This document shows, piece after piece, positions 9,201 through 17,213 of a stretch of 26,526 nucleotides of DNA (positions are counted from its first letter, which is position 1; every line of letters starts with the position of its first letter). The stretch spans positions 1 to 26,526 of IMG/VR virus record IMGVR_UViG_3300012942_000123. One strand, 5' to 3'. A program made the position numbers and the translations under genes. This stretch comes from a virus (lineage: Duplodnaviria; Caudoviricetes). The notes under the pieces are model-generated. The model saw only the letters and a list, made by a program, of their open reading frames with translations, was not told the DNA's origin and did not search any database.

Positions 9201-9880
9201 AGATCGCAACGGTTAGCCTGAACTACTACACGCAGAACAGCGAAGGCGCTTGCCACACGGCAGCTTCTCGGACCCATGCCAAGAATGTCGATTTCGTCGG
9301 GTTCACCGAGGTTCGTTCGGCTGCCATGACGGAGGGTCTCACCAAGGGTCTGGGTGATAAGTATGATCTGATTGCCCATCAAGAGAGCCCGCAGGCGTTC
9401 AAGTCCAAGAAGTGGCGACTGACCGGTCACCGCGTCGTTGAGGGAACCCCTGGCGAAGCTGGGATCACTCCGAACCTCTTTCTGGTCATTGGGACGTACG
9501 AGAACATCAAGAAGCCTCGTAAGGTTCTCGAGATCATCAGTACCCACACGGTTCCTCTCACCGAGAAGGGCCACAAGCGGTCGGACTACGTTCACCGCCT
9601 CCAGATGTGGAACAAGCACTGGAAGCTCCTCAAGGATGCCATCCAGGCAGCTAAGGCGAAGAACCACACGGTTTTCGTCATCGGCGACTTCAACAACATC
9701 CTGGTTGGGAAGAATAAGATCCATGAGCTGGATCCTAAGGCCAAGTGGATTATCCGCAATGGGCTTGACTGGGTCTTCGTCATCGAGGGCAGCATCAAGG
9801 TCAAGGTCGCTGGTCTCACGCACAAGTTCGACTCTGGATCAGACCACAAGGCCTGCTGGAGAAACGTCGTTCTGATCTGA
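9197..9880 (+). CDS. Endonuclease/exonuclease/phosphatase (EEP) family protein
   Basis: GTG start overlapping the upstream stop, SD AAAGGAG. Motifs SLN, GFTEV, STHT, VIGDFN, LDWVF and GSDH appear in canonical order. Confidence 0.85.
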   Translation: MKIATVSLNYYTQNSEGACHTAASRTHAKNVDFVGFTEVRSAAMTEGLTKGLGDKYDLIAHQESPQAFKSKKWRLTGHRVVEGTPGEAGITPNLFLVIGTYENIKKPRKVLEIISTHTVPLTEKGHKRSDYVHRLQMWNKHWKLLKDAIQAAKAKNHTVFVIGDFNNILVGKNKIHELDPKAKWIIRNGLDWVFVIEGSIKVKVAGLTHKFDSGSDHKACWRNVVLI

Positions 9881-9891
9881 AGAGGTGAATC

Positions 9892-10416
9892 GTGGCTGAG
9901 AATCACACCTGCCCTCGCCGTATCGAAACCGGTATGGATTCTGAGGAAAGCCCGTTTGTCGGCGCTGGGACCAACCTGGATTCGTATTCTTCGGGTCATG
10001 GTCTGAGTGGTCAGGCCTCTGGCTGTTCCTACTGCGGATCCATGCCTCCTGATGACTTCATGCAGGCCGTTCGAGATGGCAAGGAAGTCGGTCCCACCGA
10101 TAAGAGCTACAAGTTCTATGTCGATGACCATCGAGGGAAGTTCTACACCCAGCATCTCAGCGAGGAGCAGGGTTGGGAATTTCATCAGCTCTGGCAGGAC
10201 GGAAAGATTAACTGGGGATACCCCGGTAAGCCCTACGTTCGACTTTTCATTCCTGGTCCGAGTACGGCAACACAAGCCGAGAAGGAGCAAATGATGACTG
10301 AGAACACCCCAGACGAGACCCAGGCTGCGGAGCCCATGGAGAGTGCTCCCGATGCCTCTCAGGCGGCCCAGCCGACCGAGAACGTCCCCGAAGAGCCCGA
10401 CGACTCTTTGGACTGA
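9892..10416 (+). CDS. Hypothetical protein with putative Zn-binding Cys motifs and an acidic C-terminal tail
   Basis: GTG start after GAGGTG. HTCPRR and CSYCGS motifs. The last 41 aa are low-complexity acidic and have their own SD. Confidence 0.7.
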   Translation: MAENHTCPRRIETGMDSEESPFVGAGTNLDSYSSGHGLSGQASGCSYCGSMPPDDFMQAVRDGKEVGPTDKSYKFYVDDHRGKFYTQHLSEEQGWEFHQLWQDGKINWGYPGKPYVRLFIPGPSTATQAEKEQMMTENTPDETQAAEPMESAPDASQAAQPTENVPEEPDDSLD

Positions 10417-10431
10417 TCGAAAGGAAACAAC

Positions 10432-10992
10432 ATGGTTTACAACCGTGACGAGGTCGTCAAGCGTGCGAACGCCTCGACCAGTAACCAGGTTGACACCTGC
10501 CAGCTCTGGACTCGAACCATCATCGGAGTTCCTTCGGCTGGTGACTATGACCACGACGGCGATGCCGATGCCGTAGACGGCTGGAAGAGCGAGCCTACCA
10601 AGTTCAAGCACGCTGGCGATCGTCATCCTCCGGCTGGTGTTCCCGTGTCGTATTCGGGCGGTTCGGCTGGCCATGGTCACCGAGCCATCTCGCTCGGCAA
10701 TGGCAAGATCCGTTCGACGGACGCCAACGGCAACGGTCATGTCGCTACGGTCGACCTCGACTGGCCCGAGAAGCACTGGGGTCTGAAGTACCTCGGTTGG
10801 TCCGACACCATGGACGGTATCCTCGTTCCGGAGGCCCCTAAGCCGGATGCCAAGCCGAAGTCCGAGGCCGAGAACCTGGTCGAGCAGGCCCGCGATCTCC
10901 TTCGTCATGCCAAGAGCAATGCGAAGAAGAACCACAAGCCGAAGCGTCTCCTGAAGCTGAAGGATGCGCTTCACACTCTTCCTGAGAAGTAA
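10432..10992 (+). CDS. Endolysin, CHAP/NlpC-P60-like cysteine peptidase
   Basis: SD AAAGGA. Cys in TCQLWTR and His in GHGHRAISLGNGKIRSTD, followed by WGLKYLGW and a basic C-terminal helix. Confidence 0.78.
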   Translation: MVYNRDEVVKRANASTSNQVDTCQLWTRTIIGVPSAGDYDHDGDADAVDGWKSEPTKFKHAGDRHPPAGVPVSYSGGSAGHGHRAISLGNGKIRSTDANGNGHVATVDLDWPEKHWGLKYLGWSDTMDGILVPEAPKPDAKPKSEAENLVEQARDLLRHAKSNAKKNHKPKRLLKLKDALHTLPEK

Positions 10993-11001
10993 TCAAAATG
11001 G
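10993..11001 (+). promoter_or_regulatory. Intergenic copy of recurrent motif TCAAAATGG (function unknown)
   Basis: Exact copies also start at 8605, 14970, 20079 and 21737, all on the + strand. Confidence 0.4.
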
Positions 11002-11023
11002 TACCTAGGAAGGAGGACTACGC

Positions 11024-11437
11024 ATGACTGAGACCCAAGTGGCTCCTGAGCCGGAGAAGGGAATCCTCTCTCTGACAAAGAAGTCCCTCAGCATGGCGGA
11101 GGAGTACGACGTCTTCGACGACCAGATCATCATGCACATCAACTCGGTGTTTGCTGATCTCACCCAGCTCGGTGTTGGTCCCGTCGATGGCTTCGAGATC
11201 GAAGATGATACCGCCAAGTGGTCTGACTTCCTAGGTACCGACAAGCGCCTTAACGGCGCCAAGTCTTACATGTACCTTCGAGTTCGTCGTCTCTTTGATC
11301 CCCCGCAGGTCGGGTTTGTCTTGACCGCCATGGATGCCGAGATCGAGAAGTGGGAATGGCGACTCAATGTTGCAGTTGACACTCAGCCTTTGACCACCAC
11401 GACGGATCCGACTGTTACAGATGTTGTGATCACCTAG
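11024..11437 (+). CDS. Head-tail connector/adaptor (gp6-like)
   Basis: SD AAGGAGG. ILSLTKKSL..FDDQIIMHINSVF..LTQLGVGP..KSYMYLRVRRLFDPP..EWRL pattern. Confidence 0.75.
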   Translation: MTETQVAPEPEKGILSLTKKSLSMAEEYDVFDDQIIMHINSVFADLTQLGVGPVDGFEIEDDTAKWSDFLGTDKRLNGAKSYMYLRVRRLFDPPQVGFVLTAMDAEIEKWEWRLNVAVDTQPLTTTTDPTVTDVVIT

Positions 11438-11471
11438 TTCCTATCAATACGACCTCGGAAGGAGGTGACCA

Positions 11472-14096
11472 ATGGCTGGGGTAGCAATTGTAGCCATCCC
11501 GTCGCAAGACGACTATGTGTGGAAGATCTCTAGCGAGAAGGTCCCGCACATGACAATGCTCTTCCTGGGAGAGCTTACCGATCCGGAAGTTCTTACTCGA
11601 ATCGAGCAGTACGTCGAGCACGTTGCCTCCACTTCGATGCATCCATTCGGGATGTCGGTCGACTACCGCGGAGAGCTTGGTCCCGACAACGCTGATGTGC
11701 TGTTCTTCGAGAATGACTACGGCAAGATGGTCAAGAATGCTCGAAGCTACATGCTCGACAATGCAGACATCCTGCAGGCATACAACTCGACTGAGCAGTA
11801 TCCGGAGTGGACTCCACACCTGACGCTTGGGTATCCGACGGCACCCGCCAAGCCCGATGATCGAGACTACCCGGGGATCCACTGGGTTAACTTCGATCGC
11901 ATCGCTCTCTGGGTCGATAACTACGATGGTCCGGAGTTCCGACTCAAGCACGACGACCACGCAATGGAAGTGAGCATGAGCGAAGCGGACTCCAACTCTC
12001 TGATGCATGCAGATCAGACCGTTCAGGACGTTGTCAACTCGATGTCCACCGATCAGCGAGACCTGCTCAACCTGATCGTTGGTGCTGCCGTTGAGGGTGA
12101 GACTCTTCCGCCAGATGCGAACGTGATTCACAGCTATGACGCGATGTCGAATCAGCAGAAGGATGTCATCGACTTCATCGTCTCTGGCGTTCTGACTCCG
12201 GATGACAGCATGCAGCAGTCCGACGCCGTGGGTGAGTTCCTCGCCCACCACGGTGTCAAGGGTATGAAGTGGGGCGTTCGCAAGGACCGTCTCACGATTT
12301 CCTCCGGTCGGGGAGAGAACAAGGTAACGACTGACTACGGAAAGTCCTCTTCCGCGACTCGAGCGCAGGTCAAGGCCGGAAATGGCACTCTTCTGGATGC
12401 TCATATGGCTGCCCTCAAATCTCGGGGTCGTCGTGCCACCAACGCATTCCTCGGCGACAAGACCTACTGGAAGCGGGCTGGCATTATCACTGCCGCTACG
12501 GCTGCTGGGGTGGGTGCTGCTCTTCTCGCTCCTGCGGTTCTTCCTACCGGTATTCTTGCAGCGGTGGGCGCTCACGTCGTGACCACCACAAGCATTGCGG
12601 GACATGTGGTTGCTGCCACTACTCCTCATACTACCACAGCTGCTATTGCCGCGGGTAAGATGGCAGTGTCCCATTTCGGTTTGGCTGGAAGTCTGACGGG
12701 CGGTAAACTCGCCGGTCTTCATAACACAGTGACTAATACCGGTCGAGCCCTTCGTGGTAATGCTCGAATCAACCGGAGCATGGAGAAGCTTGGGACCGAC
12801 CTGATGAAGAATCAACGCGAGGGTTCCAAGCAGGTCCAGAAGGTTCTCAACCGTAATGGGTCGATCGCAATGAAGAACCTGAAGCATGATGACGATCTGG
12901 TCGGAAACTTCCTGGCTCACCATGGTGTCAAGGGTATGCACTGGGGTGTTCGCAAGGATCACTTCGGTGTGGGTGGCATTGATCTTGCAACTGGAACCCA
13001 GCAGGTTGCAGCGGTATCCCGATCAAAGAAGTCTCCTGTCGGTGTTCATTCCGAAGACACGTACAAGGTCCTTGACACCGTAGCCAAGCATCTTATGAAG
13101 CCCGCCACCGTTGGCGATTACAACAAGCGCATGCAGGCTGTCAAGTCTGATATCATCGCTAGGGCTCAGGCTCACAAAGAAAAGACTGGGAAACCTATGG
13201 ATTTCCCAAGGGACGAGTACCGAGCAGCAGCGGCTAAAACTCTGTCCGATCTCGTTGCTGAGCATCTCAAGCAGGTCGGCGTGAGCGGAGTGACGGTCAA
13301 GACATTCCCGGTAGGACAGGATCGGTTCCAGTATATTCTTGGCGACAAGAAGACGGTGGACGCTGCCCTGAAGGATGTTCGGGCCACCAAGATCGCTCAT
13401 GATGATGTATCTCAGCCGACGAAGTTCAATGTCAAGTTCAACTTTAAGGCCGACAATACTCCCGACGGATATTCGATCACCGAAGCATCCTCGGCGATTT
13501 CACACGATGATCTGGATAACTTCCTGGCTCATCACGGAATCAAGGGTATGCACTGGGGTGTTCGTCGATCGGATGCTCAGCTTCACGTAGGTCCTTCTGA
13601 GCGTCAGCTCAAGAAAAAGGCTAAGCTCGATGCCAAGGTGGAGAAGCTCAACAAGAAGCTGGGTAAGAGCCTTCCCTCGAAGTCGGAGGAGAAGGATGGA
13701 TCTGCCGATGGCGATGCCGCTACTCCGGGGCATATGTCGGTAGATGCCGAGCGACACCTTCGGACTCGTAACAAGGAAAGTTACGAGATGTCGGATGCCG
13801 AGCTGAAGGCTGCTCTGAATCGGGCTAAGAACATCAATGATTACAACAAGCTGTTCGCGCCTGACTCCAACACCGAGCTGAAGACCAAGGTAGAGAATCT
13901 TCAGCTGCAGAAGCAGTATGCCCAGCTCAAGGCCGAGATGACGCCGTCAGCAACCAAGAAGGTCGCTAGCCTTATCTCCTCTGCGAGCAATGGCTACCTG
14001 GCCTACAAGAAGCTGGACAAGGCTTCTGATGGTGCGCTTTCGGCTACTCTGACCAGCCTTCTCGGTTCGAAGAAGGTCGGAAAGCACCGACTGTAA
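11472..14096 (+). CDS. Multidomain polyprotein: N-terminal 2H phosphoesterase plus three LAHHG(V/I)KGMxWGVR-initiated modules; putative head-packaged cargo
   Basis: SD AAGGAGGTG. HxT motifs PHMT (H26) and PHLT (H116). Motif copies at ~12237, 12909 and 13521. Confidence 0.85.
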   Translation: MAGVAIVAIPSQDDYVWKISSEKVPHMTMLFLGELTDPEVLTRIEQYVEHVASTSMHPFGMSVDYRGELGPDNADVLFFENDYGKMVKNARSYMLDNADILQAYNSTEQYPEWTPHLTLGYPTAPAKPDDRDYPGIHWVNFDRIALWVDNYDGPEFRLKHDDHAMEVSMSEADSNSLMHADQTVQDVVNSMSTDQRDLLNLIVGAAVEGETLPPDANVIHSYDAMSNQQKDVIDFIVSGVLTPDDSMQQSDAVGEFLAHHGVKGMKWGVRKDRLTISSGRGENKVTTDYGKSSSATRAQVKAGNGTLLDAHMAALKSRGRRATNAFLGDKTYWKRAGIITAATAAGVGAALLAPAVLPTGILAAVGAHVVTTTSIAGHVVAATTPHTTTAAIAAGKMAVSHFGLAGSLTGGKLAGLHNTVTNTGRALRGNARINRSMEKLGTDLMKNQREGSKQVQKVLNRNGSIAMKNLKHDDDLVGNFLAHHGVKGMHWGVRKDHFGVGGIDLATGTQQVAAVSRSKKSPVGVHSEDTYKVLDTVAKHLMKPATVGDYNKRMQAVKSDIIARAQAHKEKTGKPMDFPRDEYRAAAAKTLSDLVAEHLKQVGVSGVTVKTFPVGQDRFQYILGDKKTVDAALKDVRATKIAHDDVSQPTKFNVKFNFKADNTPDGYSITEASSAISHDDLDNFLAHHGIKGMHWGVRRSDAQLHVGPSERQLKKKAKLDAKVEKLNKKLGKSLPSKSEEKDGSADGDAATPGHMSVDAERHLRTRNKESYEMSDAELKAALNRAKNINDYNKLFAPDSNTELKTKVENLQLQKQYAQLKAEMTPSATKKVASLISSASNGYLAYKKLDKASDGALSATLTSLLGSKKVGKHRL

Positions 14097-14122
14097 TCAT
14101 CCCTACAATCGAAAGGCGGGCC

Positions 14123-15871
14123 ATGGCACTGTCTAACACGGCTACGCCGATCTATTATGGTGAATTCAGGCAGAAAGTCCTCCGGGGCGAAATTCCTGTC
14201 AACCACGAGATCAGTCTCGAAATGAACCGGATTGACGGCCTGATTGCGGATAGAGAGATCTATTACGACGATCAGGCCGTCAACGGTTTCATCGCCTACT
14301 GCGAGAAAGAGCTCACTCTCACCGATGGTAGTCCGCTACATCTCCTTGATTCATTCAAGGTCTGGGCGGAGCAGATCTTTGGTTGGTATTACTTCATTGA
14401 GCGTATGGTTCCCGTACCAGCTACTCCCTTGCAGAAAGCTGGCTACGTCAACAAAGTAATCAAGAAGCGTCTCATTACAAAGCAGTACCTTATCGTCGCT
14501 CGTGGTGCTGCGAAGTCGATGTATGCCTCATGTATCCAGAACTACTTCCTCAACATCGACACTGAGACCACCCATCAGATCACTACGGCTCCCACGATGA
14601 AGCAGGCCGAAGAGGTCATGGCTCCGATTCGTACAGCCATTACTCGAGCTCGTGGTCCATTCTTCCAGTTCCTCACTGAGGGTTCGCTGCAGAATACCAC
14701 GGGATCCAAGGCTGATCGAGTTAAGCTCGCATCGACCAAGAAGGGTATCGAGAACTTCCTGACGAATTCCCTGCTTGAGATTCGACCTATGTCGATCAAC
14801 AAGCTTCAGGGTCTCCGCCCTAAGGTTTCTACCATCGATGAGTGGCTTTCTGGCGATCTTCGCGAAGATGTCGTCGGTGCTATCGAGCAGGGTGCATCCA
14901 AGCTTGATGACTATCTGATTGTCGCTATCAGTTCTGAAGGTACCGTTCGAAACGGTTCTGGCGATACCATCAAAATGGAACTCGCTGACATCCTCAAGGG
15001 AGAGTATCTCGCACCTCATGTGTCTATCTGGCATTACAAGCTAGACACTGTTGAGGAAGTTGCGAATCCGGAGATGTGGCCAAAGGCCAATCCAAACATT
15101 GGGTATACGGTCACTTATGAGACATACCAGCTAGACGTTGAGCGAGCCGAAAAAGCTCCAGCCGCTCGGAATGACATCCTAGCCAAGCGCTTTGGAATCC
15201 CCATGGAGGGCTACACCTACTTCTTCACGTACGAAGAAACTGAGCCTCAGCGGGTTCGTCTGGACTTCCACGGTCTTCCCTGCTCTCTTGGTGCGGACCT
15301 CTCACAGGGCGACGACTTCTGTGCCTTCACCTTCATGTTTCCGCTTCAGGGTGGGGCATTTGGCGTTAAGACACGGAGCTACATCACCGAGATGACATTC
15401 CGTTCGCTTCCCAGTGCTATGCGATTCAAGTACGAAGAGTTCATTGCTGAGGGTTCGCTCCATGTAATGGATTCAACCGTCTTGGACATGATGGATGTAT
15501 TCGACGACCTTGACCGTCACATCATTGAGAACGACTATGATGTTCGTAGCTTTGGCTATGACCCTTACAACGCACGAGAGTTTGTCGAGCGTTGGACAGT
15601 AGAGAATAGCCCGCATGCTGTCGAGAAGGTAATCCAGGGTGTTCGAACTGAATCGGTACCTCTTGGTGAACTTAAGAAGCTTTCCGAAGCAGGACTTCTG
15701 CTCTTTGATGAGCAACTCATGGGGTTCGGCATGGGGAATGCGATCACGCTCGAGGATACGAACGGAAACCGCAAGCTACTCAAGCGTCGTCATGAAGAGA
15801 AGATCGATAATGTCGCCGCACTTATGGATGCGTGGATCGCAATGAAACTCAACAAGGACGCGTTCGAGTGA
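14123..15871 (+). CDS. terL: Terminase large subunit
   Basis: Walker A-like VARGAAKS, Walker B STIDE, nuclease motifs GADLSQGDD and KIDNVAALMD. Directly upstream of the portal. Confidence 0.95.
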   Translation: MALSNTATPIYYGEFRQKVLRGEIPVNHEISLEMNRIDGLIADREIYYDDQAVNGFIAYCEKELTLTDGSPLHLLDSFKVWAEQIFGWYYFIERMVPVPATPLQKAGYVNKVIKKRLITKQYLIVARGAAKSMYASCIQNYFLNIDTETTHQITTAPTMKQAEEVMAPIRTAITRARGPFFQFLTEGSLQNTTGSKADRVKLASTKKGIENFLTNSLLEIRPMSINKLQGLRPKVSTIDEWLSGDLREDVVGAIEQGASKLDDYLIVAISSEGTVRNGSGDTIKMELADILKGEYLAPHVSIWHYKLDTVEEVANPEMWPKANPNIGYTVTYETYQLDVERAEKAPAARNDILAKRFGIPMEGYTYFFTYEETEPQRVRLDFHGLPCSLGADLSQGDDFCAFTFMFPLQGGAFGVKTRSYITEMTFRSLPSAMRFKYEEFIAEGSLHVMDSTVLDMMDVFDDLDRHIIENDYDVRSFGYDPYNAREFVERWTVENSPHAVEKVIQGVRTESVPLGELKKLSEAGLLLFDEQLMGFGMGNAITLEDTNGNRKLLKRRHEEKIDNVAALMDAWIAMKLNKDAFE

Positions 15872-15887
15872 AATAGGAGGTAAACAA

Positions 15888-17213
15888 TTGGCTACGTCTT
15901 TTGGAGCTCGCCTCCGACATGCACTTTGGAATGCGTTCGCTCCGTCTGAGGAGACCAAGACCGAGCTCGTCAACGCGATTCCTCGTGGAGTAGTCACCAC
16001 TGTTCGACCCGATCGAAACCGTAGCTTCAGGGTCAATGCTGAGCGAACGATCATCGCGTCGATCTACACTCGTCTCGCCATTGATGTGGCAGCAGTCAAG
16101 ATCGAGCATGTCCGTACCGATGACACCGGACAGTACACTGAGACCATTTTCTCTGGCCTCAATAACTGCCTCAACATCGAGGCTAACATCGACCAGGCCG
16201 GTCGTCATTTTCGTCAGGACATTGGTCTGACGCTTTTTGGAGCGGGCGTTATCGCCATCGTTCCTGTCGATACCACTCTGGATCCTACTGCCAGTGGCTC
16301 CTGGGACATCAAGACCATGCGAGTGGGGACCGTCCTGGACTGGTATCCGCAGCACGTCAAGGTTCGACTCTACAATGAGCAGACCGGTATGTATGAGGAC
16401 ATCGTCCTCCCCAAGTCCACGGTTGCTATCGTAGAAAACCCATTCTATGGTGTCATGAATGAGCCGAACTCCACCCTTCAGCGTCTGATTCACAAGCTCA
16501 GTCTTCTGGACAATGTGGACGAGATCGCCAGCCAGGGTAAGCTCGATATCATCATTCAGCTCCCGTATGTGGTGAAATCCGACACGCGAAAGGCTCAGGC
16601 CGAGCAGCGTGCCAAGGATATTCAGTCGCAGCTGAAGGACAGTACCTATGGTATTGCCTACACCGATGGCACGGAGAAGATCACTCAGCTTAATCGTTCG
16701 GTTGAGAACAACCTCCTGGATCAGGTCAAGTATCTGAAGGAGGAACTCTACAATGAGCTTGGTCTGACCACCAATATCATGAATGGTACCGCCGACGATA
16801 CCGAGATGCTGAATTACACCAACCGGTTCATTGAGCCGGTTATGGATGCGATCACGGAAGAGATGGCTCGGAAGTTCCTGACCAAGACTGCTCGCACTCA
16901 GGGTCAGACCATCATGTACTTCCAGACTCCATTCAAACTGCTTCCGATCAGTGAGCTGGCCAACATCGCCGACGTTCTGAGCCGGAACCAGATTGTTACC
17001 CCGAATGAATTCCGTCCGGTCCTTGGTCTCAAGCCCTCGAATCAGCCTCAGGCCAACCAGCTTGTCAACAGCAACATGCCACTGGATCAGCAGATCACGG
17101 GTAATCCTGATGACTCTTCTTCGGATGGGTCTACCGATGACACGTCGACTGATCCGGCTGATGCAGCTGAGGCAAACCTGGATAAGGGTATGGCAGAGCT
17201 GGGGATCTCATGA
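15888..17213 (+). CDS. Portal protein
   Basis: TTG start with SD AGGAGG. 441 aa, between TerL and protease/capsid. TPNEFRPVLGL C-terminal portal motif. Confidence 0.92.
   Translation: MATSFGARLRHALWNAFAPSEETKTELVNAIPRGVVTTVRPDRNRSFRVNAERTIIASIYTRLAIDVAAVKIEHVRTDDTGQYTETIFSGLNNCLNIEANIDQAGRHFRQDIGLTLFGAGVIAIVPVDTTLDPTASGSWDIKTMRVGTVLDWYPQHVKVRLYNEQTGMYEDIVLPKSTVAIVENPFYGVMNEPNSTLQRLIHKLSLLDNVDEIASQGKLDIIIQLPYVVKSDTRKAQAEQRAKDIQSQLKDSTYGIAYTDGTEKITQLNRSVENNLLDQVKYLKEELYNELGLTTNIMNGTADDTEMLNYTNRFIEPVMDAITEEMARKFLTKTARTQGQTIMYFQTPFKLLPISELANIADVLSRNQIVTPNEFRPVLGLKPSNQPQANQLVNSNMPLDQQITGNPDDSSSDGSTDDTSTDPADAAEANLDKGMAELGIS

Noticed and set aside
9592-10974. 460-aa minus-strand ORF
   Set aside because: Antisense shadow of three well-supported + strand genes. 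GC3 bias suppresses stops, and there are no recognisable motifs.
11430-12962. 510-aa minus-strand ORF
   Set aside because: Antisense to the polyprotein, with shadow-like composition and no motif support.
14123-15871. Intein or intron in terminase
   Set aside because: Length is ordinary (582 aa), the ORF is continuous, and no intein splice-junction pattern is evident.
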